This document shows, one piece after another, positions 13,552 through 26,500 of a DNA stretch of 64,000 nt. The notes under the pieces are model-generated. The model did no database searches and was not told the origin of the DNA. It saw only the letters and a program-made list of their open reading frames with translations. Numbering within the stretch: the first letter of the stretch is position 1; each line of letters opens with the position of its first letter. The DNA lies in contig CM060732.1 of assembly GCA_030704615.1 (NCBI GenBank), forward strand, positions 16,492,001-16,556,000, read 5' to 3'. Source of the DNA: Takakia lepidozioides. Lineage: Eukaryota > Plantae > Bryophyta. Both the position numbers and the translations under genes were made by a program.

Positions 13552-14890
13552 TTTCTTTGCGAAAGATGAACTTCGGCGCCGAATCTCATCCAAGTACTCC
13601 ATTCTAATTTTCCTTTTTCTTCGCGAGCAATGAATTTCGGCGCCGAAATTCATCCGAAGTCCTCCCGAATCTTTTTTTTCTTTGCGAGCAATGAATTTCG
13701 GCGCCGACATTCATCTGAAGTCCTCCCGAAAATTTTTTTTTCTTCGCGAGCAATGAATTTCGGCGCCTAAATTCATCCGAAGTCCTCCCGAATTTTTATT
13801 TTTTCTTCGGGAGCAATGAATTTCGGCGCCGAAATTCATCCGAAGTCCTCCCGATTTTATTTTATTTTCTTCGCGAGCAATGAATTTCGGCGCCGAAATT
13901 CAACCGACTCCATCTCTCCAAATTCTTTTCAGGGTTTGAGCGCCGGATTTCGGCGCCGAAATTCATCCAATGCCCTCCCTCCAATATTTATTTTTCTTTG
14001 AAATGGATGAATTTCGGCGCCAAAATTCATCCTTACTGTCCGCAATGAGTAACTCTAATATTACATTTTCTATGCGACGGATGAATTTTGGCGCCGAAAT
14101 TCGTCCAAACCCGACACTTACTATTTGCTTCTAGATGATATAATTTTCGGTAAATCGTTGAAAATACCCCGTTCCGACGAAGATAACAGGAATATTCTGC
14201 ATTTAATGGAGAAATCGGCATATTGAACCCCTTCTGTCAAAATTAATTGCATTTTAGCCGTTTTTTTCCTTTGAAACCGATAGTATCCATTAAGTGGTCT
14301 TTTTCGCACGGGACATTGCCGCACATAAAGTATAATTTCGGCGCCGAAATTATAGTTAAATGTCCAGAAATGGCAAGTCCAACAGGCATGGACAGCATCC
14401 GTCAGGGGCAATGATGGCGGCAAAGCATAGCATGGTTCCGATTTAGTCTTCGCTCTGGATGAATTTTGGCGCCGAAATATGGATGATTTCACCTCGTCTA
14501 CGCACGGACGGAGATATTCGTAATGAATTTCGGCGCCGAAATATGGATGAAATGTGCCCAAGTGCAGCCGTTTCCACTGTCCCGGAATTAATTCCGGCTC
14601 CGATATCCCACTGACAGGTTTGCTCATGACGAATGAGGACTTGGGAAGCGATGAATTGCGGCGCCGAAATTTGTAAGTTTGTGTACGAAAGCACTTGAAT
14701 AGGATGAATTTTGGCGCCGAAATTCATCCGTCCGCTGATGAAACGTACCGACCTGACTGTTGAATGTCATAGGCAGGGGATTTTCATGGCGGTTGGGTTT
14801 CATGATGTGCAGATATTTCATTCAATGTCGGCTGCTCCGGGAACAGCATCCGGTGAACGGAAGGTATTTCGGTGCCGCAATTCGGATAAA
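13120..14890. repeat. Array of palindromes GATGAATTTCGGCGCCGAAATTCATC (tandem ~62-bp units at 13620-13900)
   Basis: Directly visible repeats; related copies also occur at 17290-17580. Confidence 0.9.
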
Positions 14891-15132
14891 CCGTCTTGTA
14901 CTGGTGGCTGGAACTGGCACGCGTCGTGTTCCAGTCGACTTCATCCGTGCGAACGTGTCAGGGGTCACAATCTCTTCATCACTCATACGGCAGAAAGTGG
15001 TGGACGGTGGCAACGCTTCGGGAGACGTGGCTGCTTACACATCTGCTCGTGCATAGTGGTTGCATGTTCCACCGCTTCGCTCTCTCGCTCCTTGCCTTTC
15101 TGTAGTGACATTCTCCTGCGTTTCCTCTCCTT

Positions 15133-17040
15133 ATGCGGCATAGTGGTAGCATAGAGTTTGTGGAAGGTCAGGCAACTCCGGCAAAGAGAAGGAGGACGCG
15201 GGATTTTGGGAAGCCGCCGACGACACGACTTAAGCTCCGTCTCATGCATGAAATGCAGACCTCGTTATCCGGAGACTCGGATCGCCCACCAGTGAGAGAT
15301 TCGTGCTTTGCGGATATGAAGCACTCCATACGCAATATTCCTTTTACACATTTTTTTTTGCGTGCAGTGTCTCATGTTTTCCTGTTTGTTTGACATGGGA
15401 GCTGGGGAGGGATCGCAGGGGGGCGAAGCAACACAGTCAACTTTGGATACTCCTGCCCGGGTGCTGCGCTCGCAAGGTGGAAGTGCATCGAGGCAGGCGA
15501 GTCCTCATTCAACACCTCAGATATCGCCTCAGAAAAGCCCACCTAGAGTTCGGAGTCGAGGAAGCAGAAGGAGCCCATGGCTTCGCCAGTAAAACCCCTA
15601 GGGAGACTGGAAGCGGAGATATTGGGTTTGCAGTCAATTTCAAAAAACACGAATGCGGTGGAGGCCGCTGGAGATGTGGGAGTTGGATCTGCAGAAGGGC
15701 GGCCCATTGAGCTGACAGAAGGAGAGGACGACAACGTGGTACGACTTGGCGACGATCAGAACCTGCTGGAGCTTGCGGAGAAGCAAAACCTCCAGGACAT
15801 TTCCTTCTCTGCAGACTCTTATCTTTCAGGCATTTTGCTTCGTGAAGAAACATTAGAAATTCAAATTACGTGAAACAGGAAGACTTGTTGATTCCACAGT
15901 TGATCCACTGGAGTATAACGTCCTGTTCAACCATGTGGGAGAGAAGGACATTCTTTGTGATTTGTCGGGCAAGCCATGGAGGTATGGCAGGACCAGGAGT
16001 CCTGCATTCATCCCAGACGCTCATGGAAACATGTACGGATGTTGAAGGCAGGGTCCTCGACATCACTGCAAATACAGGTGAGAACGTTAATTGAATGCGG
16101 CACCAAAATTGACACCATTTCCGTTTGTGTATGTTTGCTTGTGCGAGGAAGCGACTCATTCTTGAGTTTGGTTGTGGTTGTGTCGTATGAATTTGCAGGT
16201 GCCTGTATGTGGGCGGGAAGGATGTCGAACCGATTTGTGTTCTCATTTGAGGGGGATACGGCCTTGTACGATTACAATTTGGCGGGCCTTCAGCGTTTGC
16301 CTCCGACTGAGGATCCCAAAAACGCAGAAGATGACGTGGAAGGGGAGGAGGAAGATGAAGAGGAGGAAGTCCAGGAAATTCGTTCGATGCAGGGGCGCCC
16401 GAAGCCGCTTCCCCAATGCCTGTCTTCGAGTGAGTTGCACCATAGTAAGTGTATTGGTTTCGGTTGTAGGGACCATGCAACCTGCCGATGATTCCCTGTT
16501 TGAATTCTCTAATGTACTTCATTCTATGTTTGTGCGTACACTCAGCCTTGCAGAGTCGTCCGACGAGGAGAAGCTGGGAGACTTGCCCGAATCGGACCCT
16601 GTTGCAGAGGAGAGACAGAATCGCATCGGCCATTCTTTGCCAGAAAATCGTTTCTCGCGAGTCCCCAGAAGCCTTTTTTTCTACCAGCCTATGCAGACAC
16701 GGCTGCCAGAGAAGCCATCAGGAGGGAGGATAGGCCTACTCGGTTAGAGCAATTGACATACGGGAATGAGCAGAGAATTATAATGAGGCGTGAGGCCAAA
16801 CATAGAATTGTGAAAGGCAGAGTAGGGAAGTTCGTAATAGAATCCGCGTCCGAGAGCGAGGGGAATGTTGAGGACACTTCCGCACCCAGGTGGACAGTTC
16901 CGGCTGGTGAGGATGGTATTTTTTAGGGGAGGGCTTCTCAGAGTAACAGCGGTAGCGACAGTGCAGGTTCGGAGGCAGGTGGAAGGCAGCCATCCTTGCA
17001 TGAGGCCGGGGATGCATCGGACAGTGATAGCGGATCCTCA
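15133..17040 (+). pseudogene. Internally deleted ParB-MTase cargo gene, copy B (5' exons joined to the MTase C-terminal half)
   Basis: At ~15860 the frame jumps to FKLRETGRLVDSTVDPLEYNVLFN...TLMETCTDVEGRVLDITANTG|gt, closely matching copy A at 8020-8230. The ParB and motif IV exons are absent. Confidence 0.7.
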
Positions 17041-17738
17041 CCATAGCAAAGTCTCATTTGGATCCTTTTGTTGTACAGTTCTGAAACACTTAATGAAAAT
17101 ATTGACGATTTGAAAAATCATTGTGTTCAGACTGCTTGTCCGATTCCCTACATTTCTTCCGCCAACCAAAATGTATAATAAAAGCAGAAGAGACGCAAAC
17201 TTCAGTGAAGAACCCTACAAGTAATTTATGCACACCATCGAGCCGAGAACTTGAAGCCATGAAAACCCTGCCGTTTCTAACATTCCTATTGGGAAATTTG
17301 GCGCCGAAATAGCCCAATGCGCGCCTTCGTTATATGGGCCTCAAAAATTCCGCGGATGAATTACTGTACCAAAATATCGCGATGGAAGCCTTCAGCACAA
17401 GGCACTTCAGCACATTCCACTTGGGTATTTCGGCGCCCAAATAGCCCGTTCTGCGCCATTAAATACCGCACTATATCACATTTTAAGAGGTAATTTCGGC
17501 GCCGAAATACCCCGGTGGATGTCTTCAAAACACCATTTTAGCACACTGCTCTTGGGAATAACGGCGCCGAAATACCTCATTCCGCATCCTGGACCAGGAG
17601 AAACAGACCCTATTACCGAGGTAAGAGGACATAACACCGTCAATAAAGGCAGGAAAATTCCAATTCCGCGGATGTCCGCTCATGAGCTCATAGGCTCATG
17701 GGCTCATGGGCTCATGCGCTCATGAAATAGTAAACCTC

Positions 17739-17748
17739 GTATCCTGTG
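17739..17748. repeat. Right 10-bp target-site duplication GTATCCTGTG of element B
   Basis: Identical to 10243-10252. Confidence 0.9.
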
Positions 17749-18362
17749 TTTCAATGAATTTGCAGCTTCGTGTGAATAAGTTTACTGTGCTGACGTTTGT
17801 GACCTCCTTTCGCGGAAATGTCACCCAACAACTAAAAGAAAGGCCCCAAACTGAAAAATTCAAGTCATAACCACCCCTATCGCAAGCCCCCCCACATCCT
17901 CCCTGAAGTCCCTGTGGCGTTTCTGTGCTCATTTCTTCACTACCAAAACACTGCCGCAACAAGCTGTCTATACCAGTAACAGCAGCTATCCAGGAGCTTC
18001 CACACGCTACAAATACAACGCGGAGGTCAGCCAATTGTCAGTACTTGCAGCCAATTGATTTCCTGTTGGTTCAAGAGTTGGACAACCAGAACACTAATGT
18101 AATGTATGTATGTACAAATTTTCTCGGTGCAGTCATATCTACAACTCAAGAATTGATTAAAAAATAATGCCTCGAAGTACTCTAGCCACAGTGACAGCAC
18201 AGATCACATCCACTTTGGTACTCATACACATCCACTTTGATCATAGCTCGTCGTTCTAAAACATTGTACATGAGGAACAACAACTGATCTATAGCCTAGA
18301 CAGTCGCACTCCTTGCAACTTCCAAATCTAAGTTCAAATCCGTGATATTTCAGTGATATTTT

Positions 18363-20295
18363 GTGCGTAGCAACAAGCCTGTCAGATTGTGTTCAAAGAT
18401 GGCTAATGAGAGGGGAAGCTACAAATTATCAGCAACCATAGCTGGGAAAAATGCACCATTGGTAGTAAGGAATCGCATGCTTCATGAGCAAACTCCGAAA
18501 TCAGAATTCTCTCATAGACGAGAAGCAGGGGCGAGTAATATTGATTTGTGGGTGGATGGATCTTTGTATCCACACAACCCCGTTGACGGCAAATGTCCAC
18601 AATTCGGACAGTGAGCGAGTTTGGAATTTACTGGGGATGCAAGAGCGCCCCTACTGGGTTACTCTGAAAATCTTGCCACAAATCATACAAGAATTGAATT
18701 AAATTTCGTTGAGGTTCAGAAAGAGATATCGTCGTTGCGTGAGCTGGTCAAGAGTTTGCAAGATTCAGCTGAGGAGAGAGAGAGACTCTTACATTCAGCA
18801 ACACAGAAACGTCTCGTAGACAAAGAGTAGAGGAAGAAAATGGTCAGATTATGTTAGCAAGTGAATCGTTGAAAGCGGAGGTATCAGCTCTGAAAGAGCA
18901 ATATCACAGCATGAAGGCATCTTACGAGGAGTGTTTAGGCCGCCTGAACACTGATGTACTGAGCTCCGATGAGCGCGATCAAATGCTGATAGAATTTTGG
19001 ATAGAGATAGAATCGCTCAAAGAAGAGCACAAAAGAAAATTGGATTCAATTTGCTCTGAGCTACGCAGAGAACCAAGGCGACCTGAGCAGCGACGGGAAT
19101 TGAGGGATGGAAAAAAAAATGGTGAGGACTCCCTATGGGTACAGGGGTGTCATCAGACCAAGGAAGGATGTGGCTGAATTGGCGCCTAATGGCGGTCATG
19201 CAAAACGTTTGAGGTGTTTAGCAAGAGCTATCATTGCCCCAGCTACTGCGAGAGATATTCAAAGTGCAAATGCAACCCAAGGAACGAGAAATCGCTTGTG
19301 TGGAAGTAAAGAGACACAAGTGCAGACTGCGAAGGTGTTTGCCTCTATGTTGTCCAAGACAGAAGTTAAGTCAATGTGCGAATCAGCGAAGTTGAGCACA
19401 GTTGGTGTGCATATGGCCAACTACTACTTGGATAAGATTGGGGAGAAAGTAGGAGTAAATGAGATTCTAGAAACTTGCGATCGGCAAGGTATAAACGCAC
19501 AATGGATATGGAGCCATCTATAAAAGTTCAAAATGTCTGCCAAAGCTTCTGGTCGGGGCCTTCGCATTGGTTGCTTGCCAAATCCTCATAAGGTGTCATT
19601 GCTTCGGAAAGCGTTGAATCTCAAGCTACTTGAGTATGTCGGCGAATACTACTGCATCAACAATAGCCTTGAGATTCCAGCCACTGCCAAGTCAAAGAGC
19701 AAAGAGCCTGTCAGAATAGCGCTCAATCATAATAATTCCATCTTTGTCGTTGTGGAACAAGTGCAGCGCACAATGGTCGAGCTCTACGACATCACACCCG
19801 CAGGTAACACCTTAATTTTGTAGTGTTGCAAGAGATGTAGGGTAAAGCTTCTGATAGGAATCTATTGATTAAACACCTGGGGATTGTAGCATCTCCCCAC
19901 AACATCTTAAGTTCTCTTGACCTGCAAATTTATTGAGGATTGGGCATTGAGGATTTGGCTGTGTTTGGTTTCAGAATTGCAGGGACACCCTCTTATTTTT
20001 GTCATCAAGCTAGATGAAGCTGAAATGTGCAGCATGCTCAAAAGATGGAGAGAGTGTCTCTAACACTGATGAACCGGGCTTTGGACACTACGATTGAGCC
20101 AAACAGTGAACAATTCTTCTCAGTTCAGTCAGAGAGGGAGATTTGGCCCATCGCTTCATTCCAAGTGGTGCGGGAAACCTATGAAACATTGAGTTGGGTC
20201 TTCTCGCAAACTACCATTCCTGCATTGATTCAAGCACAGGAGCAAGGACAGCCACTGGATGTCCCGGGTATTAGATCCCTTAAGGTGGAATGGCA
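18363..20295 (+). pseudogene. Broken gene with coiled-coil region and RAG1/Transib-like transposase N-terminal core
   Basis: Across frameshifts: GYGAIYKKFK...LPNPHKVSLLRKAL...IFVIKLD...ERVSLTLMN...VQSEREIWPI...RETYETL...PGIRSLKVEW. The motif order resembles the RAG1 core. By-eye similarity only. Confidence 0.4.
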
Positions 20296-21698
20296 GATGC
20301 TTCCTTCTGTGTTGGGCATACAGACAGAATGGCAGAAAAAACAAATGATGCATCACGGACATTCTCGAATAGTGGCATGCGATGCAACTTTCGGGACAAA
20401 CAAGAAGAAGGTTGGTTCCAGGATCACCATGTGCCTGCGGACAGAGCTCAACTATTTTTTGCATGGTCACAATTTTTCGGTCCCCTCGCTCCTCTGTATT
20501 CCTGATAAATTCTGTTGCATGCTTGTTCTTGCAGTATCCTTTGTACACCATGATGGGTTGGTGTTTGATGAGTGGCTGAATGGTATTCTAGTCGCGTACA
20601 TAATCACGGCAAGGTGCAAAGCCACGGATCTGCGACCTTGGATGTAGGCACTAAACCAGCAAATGCAAGCCGTCAAGGCTGAGTGGCGCCCTAACGCCTT
20701 CATTGTAGACGACGCAGATGCGGAAATTGCTGCTATCAGGTAGCTCTGCCTCCTACACTGCTGATCCTTTCACATATCCAACGTGCACACATGTGTTACA
20801 GTCATTCAATCTCACAACAAACAGCTTTGTGTGGGGGGGTTGTGCAATTTTCCTGTGTTTGTGTCATGTTCGGCGAGCCTGGCAAAAGAATGTGGTCTCC
20901 AAGATCAGAGATCCAGAAGTACGTGCCGCAATGTTGCAGGATCTTGCAAAGATCATGTACGACAGAAAAGGCACATCTGGGGATGCAGGTGAGGCTTGGG
21001 CAGTATACCAAATCATCTCCTTGCGGGAGAAGTACCCCAACGAGACTGTATTCTGCGACCTGCATGGACACCGAGTGGCTCCGAAAGCGAAAATGTGGAT
21101 GAAAGGTTCTAGAAACATACCACATGCCTCTCAAGATACTAATGCTGCCTTAGAAGCTTATCATGGCAACCTCAAAGCGCAATTGAAGTGCACCAAAAGT
21201 GTTTTGACTAGCAGAAGGGTAGATTGGCTCATCTCCGAACTCACTGGTGATGTCCTCACCCATTATTGGTACATGTCTCATGCGAAAGCATATGGATTTG
21301 TCAGAAACAAACGGCTGGAGGGGTTTGTTGTTAGTTCCATATTGCTTGCCAAGCACATTCCAGATGGCAACGTCCAGCTGACGCGCACCCCTGGTGGCCC
21401 TGCACTTGTTCAATGCGCAAGGGAATTGGGTAGGACATTCACAATTCACAAACCTGAATTATACTGGGCTTGCTGTGATTGCTCCTGGGCCCAGAACGGG
21501 AATATGTGCGCACACCAAGTGAAAGTTGTGCAGATGATCCATCCTCATCTCGAGGTTGGCCTCATTGCAAAGTTCTGTGGAACTCTGATGGGCACATCTA
21601 AAGGTGGCCTTCACAATTTGGTGAGAGGTTCTGAATCCCCGACTTGTATCCCATCATCTTCGCAAACTCCTCCACATCAGAGATCCCCTTCTTTATAA
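20296..21698 (+). pseudogene. Plant-type MULE transposase domain + SWIM zinc finger (a family distinct from copies A-H)
   Basis: LGIQTEWQ...ACDATFGTN (D1), PNAFIVDD (D2), CLCHVRRAW (CxxH), DTNAALEAYH (E), CDCSWAQNGNMCAH (SWIM). Has introns and an internal stop. Confidence 0.8.
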
Positions 21699-23531
21699 CT
21701 AGATGAACTTATTACCTTTTTCATCTAAACCAGATGAAAAATACAGCTTATGATGACCCTGGAGAATTGTTTAATTACCCTTAATTATGGCTAATTAAGG
21801 AGTGAAACCCTAACCCTTACCCTATAACCTACTAGTTAAACCTAGCTAATGGATGACATCCGTCGGGTTTCGAGATAAGGGGTTTTGATTATTCATCCTG
21901 ACGGATGAAATCCATGTCTGCATATCAACCAAAACACTTGTGTTAAAAAGTGATCTAGAAAAAACTAGGCTACTGTCTACTTGTGGCACTGCTACTGCTA
22001 CTGAGGATTGACAACCCTAAACAACCTTGAGGGCTGACACACGCGTAGCAATCGACCTGCATAAAAATGGCATCGTACCCCGCACGTGTCCGAGCTGCCA
22101 CTACAGCAGCAGGTCACCACGGTTGCGATGCTCGCTTTGCTTCGAGACCTATGTTGTTGGGCCAAACCCTGCAATGAACTTAGCCATCCCCTCATTTCCA
22201 AAATCCCGTCCGGTTTGCCCGCCTGCAAGTCAACAACAGTAGATGGTATCAAATGAGCCCTGAGCGCCCATGAACACAACCACGTGGAATGTGGCTATGA
22301 ACCAAATAATGTTGAGGCCTTGGGATCCCATTGCTGGGGAGGCAGCTGGCCTGGAGGTAAACCGTGTTGCGGATATGTTATCCCCATTGGACTAGTCTGT
22401 TGTACCAGTCTGTTGGTATGCCAGTCCCTTGGCCCCTTACCCATCTCCCCACAATCCAAACTTGACATAGCTCTCTCACAGCCAATTTCAGGACTAATCT
22501 TACCCTGGCTGGTCTCAAACATCACTATGACAAAAGGAGTATTGAAGAATACAAATAGATTACTAAGTCTGGCTGGCAAGGCTGAGTAAGGCTGGCAAGA
22601 CAGTACGGCTGGCAAGGCTGAGTTTGAGTCAAACAAAGTAAAGCTCTGGAAGCTTTTGACATGCCTTGTATCCATCAAATGCTAGACGAGGAGAAGTTTG
22701 GAAGTTATCTTACTTACACATGTTATAAGGAAGGTTAACATAATTTCTAACTTTGAGAAGAGAGATCCAATCAGTGGGTGGATACCTTTATCAATATCAC
22801 AGGCCACCACTGAGCCAACCTCTTCCACTTTTTTCACATATCGAGCTGCTGAGCAGGTGGACTCGAAAGCCAATAGTTTGCTGAACTTGTCTGGTGAACC
22901 TGACCAAGTATGCCAGTGGGCGGCATAGCTACTGGTCTGGGGTGTGGTGGCAATCGCGGATGTAGCATCGAGTTGGTCGCTGGAGAAGGGCCCACCTGTG
23001 ATTGCAGTTGGAATTGGCCAAAGACCTAGAAAATGTATAACCCAAAAATGGAATGGTGTGGGGAAGCCGGGGAGGGGGAATGCTTGCGCATGAGCCTGGC
23101 TAGGCTCACGCCACGTCAGCAATCATCCACATGTGCAGGCCCTAATTCCGTGCTCTCTCCCCCCCCCCCCCCCCCATTACCGCGGATCGGTTGTCGCCTA
23201 TGTCCTTATTTTTTTATCCCTCGTCATCGCCCCCACATGAATATTCTTTCCGACCGAGAACAATGGTAGGTTTGTGGATGGTTTAGGATCGAGGACATGA
23301 TTTTTTAATGAGGAGATCGCCCGCTAGAGAATTGAATATTAACAGCAAACCACTTTTTTTGCAAAGTAGTTCATTCATTCCAACCCACAAACATTTTTCA
23401 ATGCCGGAATCTGAAGACCTACCCCAGGCAATCCCTAACTGTACTTACGGGAACGCGCGAAGAACTTGAAAAACAGTTTGGGGATGGAAGCAAAACCAAA
23501 ACACATTTTATTAAGTCTCGGTACTTGAACC

Positions 23532-26500
23532 TCAAGAACTATTGGAACTACTTCCAGAGTCTGCAACAATATCATCTATGAACACAGCAGCCCATCCGCG
23601 ACGTTTTTTTTTTCCGCGACCCCCATGGAGAGGCGAATACATTGTTTGTTGGGACAACACCCGTGCGCAAGCTTCCGCGTAAACCGGCAAGCGGTAAGCT
23701 CTAGGGGGACTCGGGGACATGTAGTATCCTTGGAAACCGAAAGGTGTCTGCGTATTCGATGACTGGTGCCAAACTCTGGAAAGCAAGAAGAGGAATGGTG
23801 GTAGATGTTATCATCCAGAAATAGACAATGTAAGCAACCATCTGTCGAACGGGAATGACACAAGGAAATGCAACATATTTTGCATGACTAGAGCCGAACT
23901 TACTCACACTCAAAATCGAAGTCCACGTCGAGATCCTCGTCAGGCGCTTTGGGCTCCTCAAGAAGTCCCTCCGTGGATGGGGCAGAAGTAGTGCCCGACT
24001 CAAGCTGATGAAGCTCGCTTGAGAAGAGCTCCGTATCAGCCTCCATGCCAAAGAAGTGCCTTCCGGCGCTTTTGCACGCATGAAAAGATGCTCCTGCAAA
24101 TCGAAGATGAACGAGAAATCAAAACAAGGCTTCCCTAAGCTCCCTGCCCACATTTCAAACACGGTGTTCAGGGCCCCACCTGTTCCCATAGACAAGTCAA
24201 CCACTCGTCCACCGTGACGGCTGCATGTCTCCACCAAAGTATGCATGAGAGCTGGGGATTTCTCCCGTGCACCTCTCCAAGGGACACAAGTTGACCTTTT
24301 CGTAGTTCGACCCGAGTCCACGTAATTGAAGATTACATCATCCTCCACAGGCTCGCAGGTGGGGTCAATGTGAGCTGCAAGGTCCCTCAACTGGAACTCA
24401 GCAATACCAGGAGGAAGAGTGTCCTTACGCACCCTCACCAGGCACAAAGCTTCGAACACCCGAGTCTGTCAATAATCACGAAGAGAGCATAAGGCAAAAG
24501 ACAAAACCTACTTTTGACATTTATTGAAGAACCACGAAACTTTAATTCAAAGGAACCAACTCACTTTCTGCCCCGGGAACTCGCCCTTCGCAAGAGGCAG
24601 AGTGTTGATGCATGTCCAAGTTTTGATGACACGAAACCCGGAAGCTTTCATGTAGCTGAAAATAGTTCTCTGTGCCGACATGTCCTTTGACTGCATGAGA
24701 AGAAGAGCCCCCGAGTCAGAAAGGAATTTGTTGCTGAATGAGAAAGCCCACTGCCAGTAACGAGAATCCGATTTGTTCCAAGTGGGGGTTGAATTGGAAG
24801 GCAACACATCAGGGACAGGGAAACCGTCAGGAATGTCCAGCACCACAAGGTTAGTCGCGTATGCCTGCTGAACTCCATTCACCCAATCTGGCCTTTTTGT
24901 GACCTACAGCCAAAAACAGGAGACAGTGTCACAAGCCCAATCCAGATCCAACAGGAAATCAATCCCCTCGACAAGCCAGAACAAGTTGCCAAAACAAAAT
25001 TATTCACACAACAGTTAAGACATATGTGCTTACCTGAGTGAGGAACGAAACAAGCATGTCCCATGATTTCGAGGGCACCCCTTTGAATGTGGACTTCCTG
25101 GATTCCATCATTGCCAGAAAACTTTCATTCACCACCTTACGATGGAACTGGCCCAAAACCCTGGATGGATGTTCTCTCGCATCAAAAGGCTGATCCCTCG
25201 ACTTTGTTGTTCTCCTATCCCTCCTAGTTGGAGAAGGCTGTCTTTTAGTGACCTCTGACGGGCCCTGTTCCTGCGGAGCTGCACTCTTCCCCTTCCCCTT
25301 CATATCCCCGGCAATCTTCCCCTTCCATTTTGGAGTAGCAGATTTCTTAGGCTCTTTTGCAGCCAGAGCAGCAATGATTTTGTCCTGAATGTCTTTGTCA
25401 GCCAGTGGGGCAAGTGCCGCGGCGTTGTCGTTAAGGTTTCTCAAAACAACTTCATCGAATGGTGTGTCCTGTTTTGGCAGATCAAGGTACCACCCACAGT
25501 CTCTGAAGTGCGCCCTACTCTACTCTCTGGCAATACCAGCCGTGTACATTGTCTTGTCATTGGAGGGGTCAGCCCATGAGTAGATGAAGTCTAGGTCATC
25601 GCTAAGGTACTTTCCTGGTATGAGGACATGATACATGTATCTGAATGTCACACACACCCAAAATCCAGACAGTCAATCGATCTGATCAGGACACAGATCA
25701 CACATCACGAAAAAGGTATTGGCATGTAGGTCAGTAACACTGATAAACTAACATTTGAAAGCCCGAATCAACCTTGCGTTGACGCAATGTTGATTCGAGC
25801 TGAAATGGAAAACACCAAATTTGGAGAACTGCACTTTCAACAAGCACCTACGAGAGGGAACCCATTATCCTAAAACATCTCATGCACAACATGGAACCCC
25901 AATCAACCTTGCGTTGACGCAAAGAAGATTGACGTATACACCTATGATAATGTAGCATTGAGAGAGACAGTGATTGACAACGGAATTCAACATTGCGTCA
26001 ACGCAAGGTTGTTTTCATTAACAGAGGAAATGGAAAACAGTGCTTGAAAACAACCATCCGAAGATCTGCTGGTATGGATATTCAACCTTGCATTGACGAC
26101 CTTAACTTCCCTACAATTGTATGGAAATTGGGGTACTTCTGTGGGACATTTCTAGCAATCCATACCGTCAAACAACGTTGCGTCAATGCAAGGCTGTTTG
26201 TTGGTACAGTGTAAGCTCTAAACAGCATTTCAAACAGACTCCAAACAGACTTTAAGTTCATCCTGGCAGCATTGGAACTAGAAACCACCAAAAAAACAGC
26301 CCAAGAACACAGGAAAACCTACATAGCCTGGCCCTTCATCAACCTTGCGTTGATGCAAGGTTGATTTGCCTGTCAATTTTTGCCCTTTCACATGCAGAAA
26401 AATGACATCATTGGATACACTAGGTACATGAAAGTGAAACCAAAACAACGGGATACAAGCTTGCGTTACCGCAATGTTGCTCGTCTGCACGTCTAGAGCC

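Larger units (their letters stand above)
10253..17738. mobile_element. Copy B: complete, internally deleted non-autonomous Mutator-like element (7486 bp)
   Basis: Left end GGGGGTTGCTATTCCATGAGC; right end GCTCATGAAATAGTAAACCTC; CATGAGC subterminal repeats; perfect 10-bp TSD. Contains a SWIM remnant (-), palindrome arrays and an MTase remnant (+). Confidence 0.9.

Noticed and set aside
18187-18193. Exact RSS heptamer CACAGTG upstream of the RAG1-like fragment, and CACTTGTG at 21935-21942 as a possible other end
   Set aside because: A 7-mer is expected several times by chance in 64 kb; there is no extended inverted match and no TSD.
21800-21845. Telomere-like AAACCCTAACCC tract
   Set aside because: Too short and degenerate to call an interstitial telomere.
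21990-23060. Possible host-gene fragment on the minus strand; likewise 9315-10240
   Set aside because: Short broken ORFs with no recognisable motif; cannot be supported without a search.
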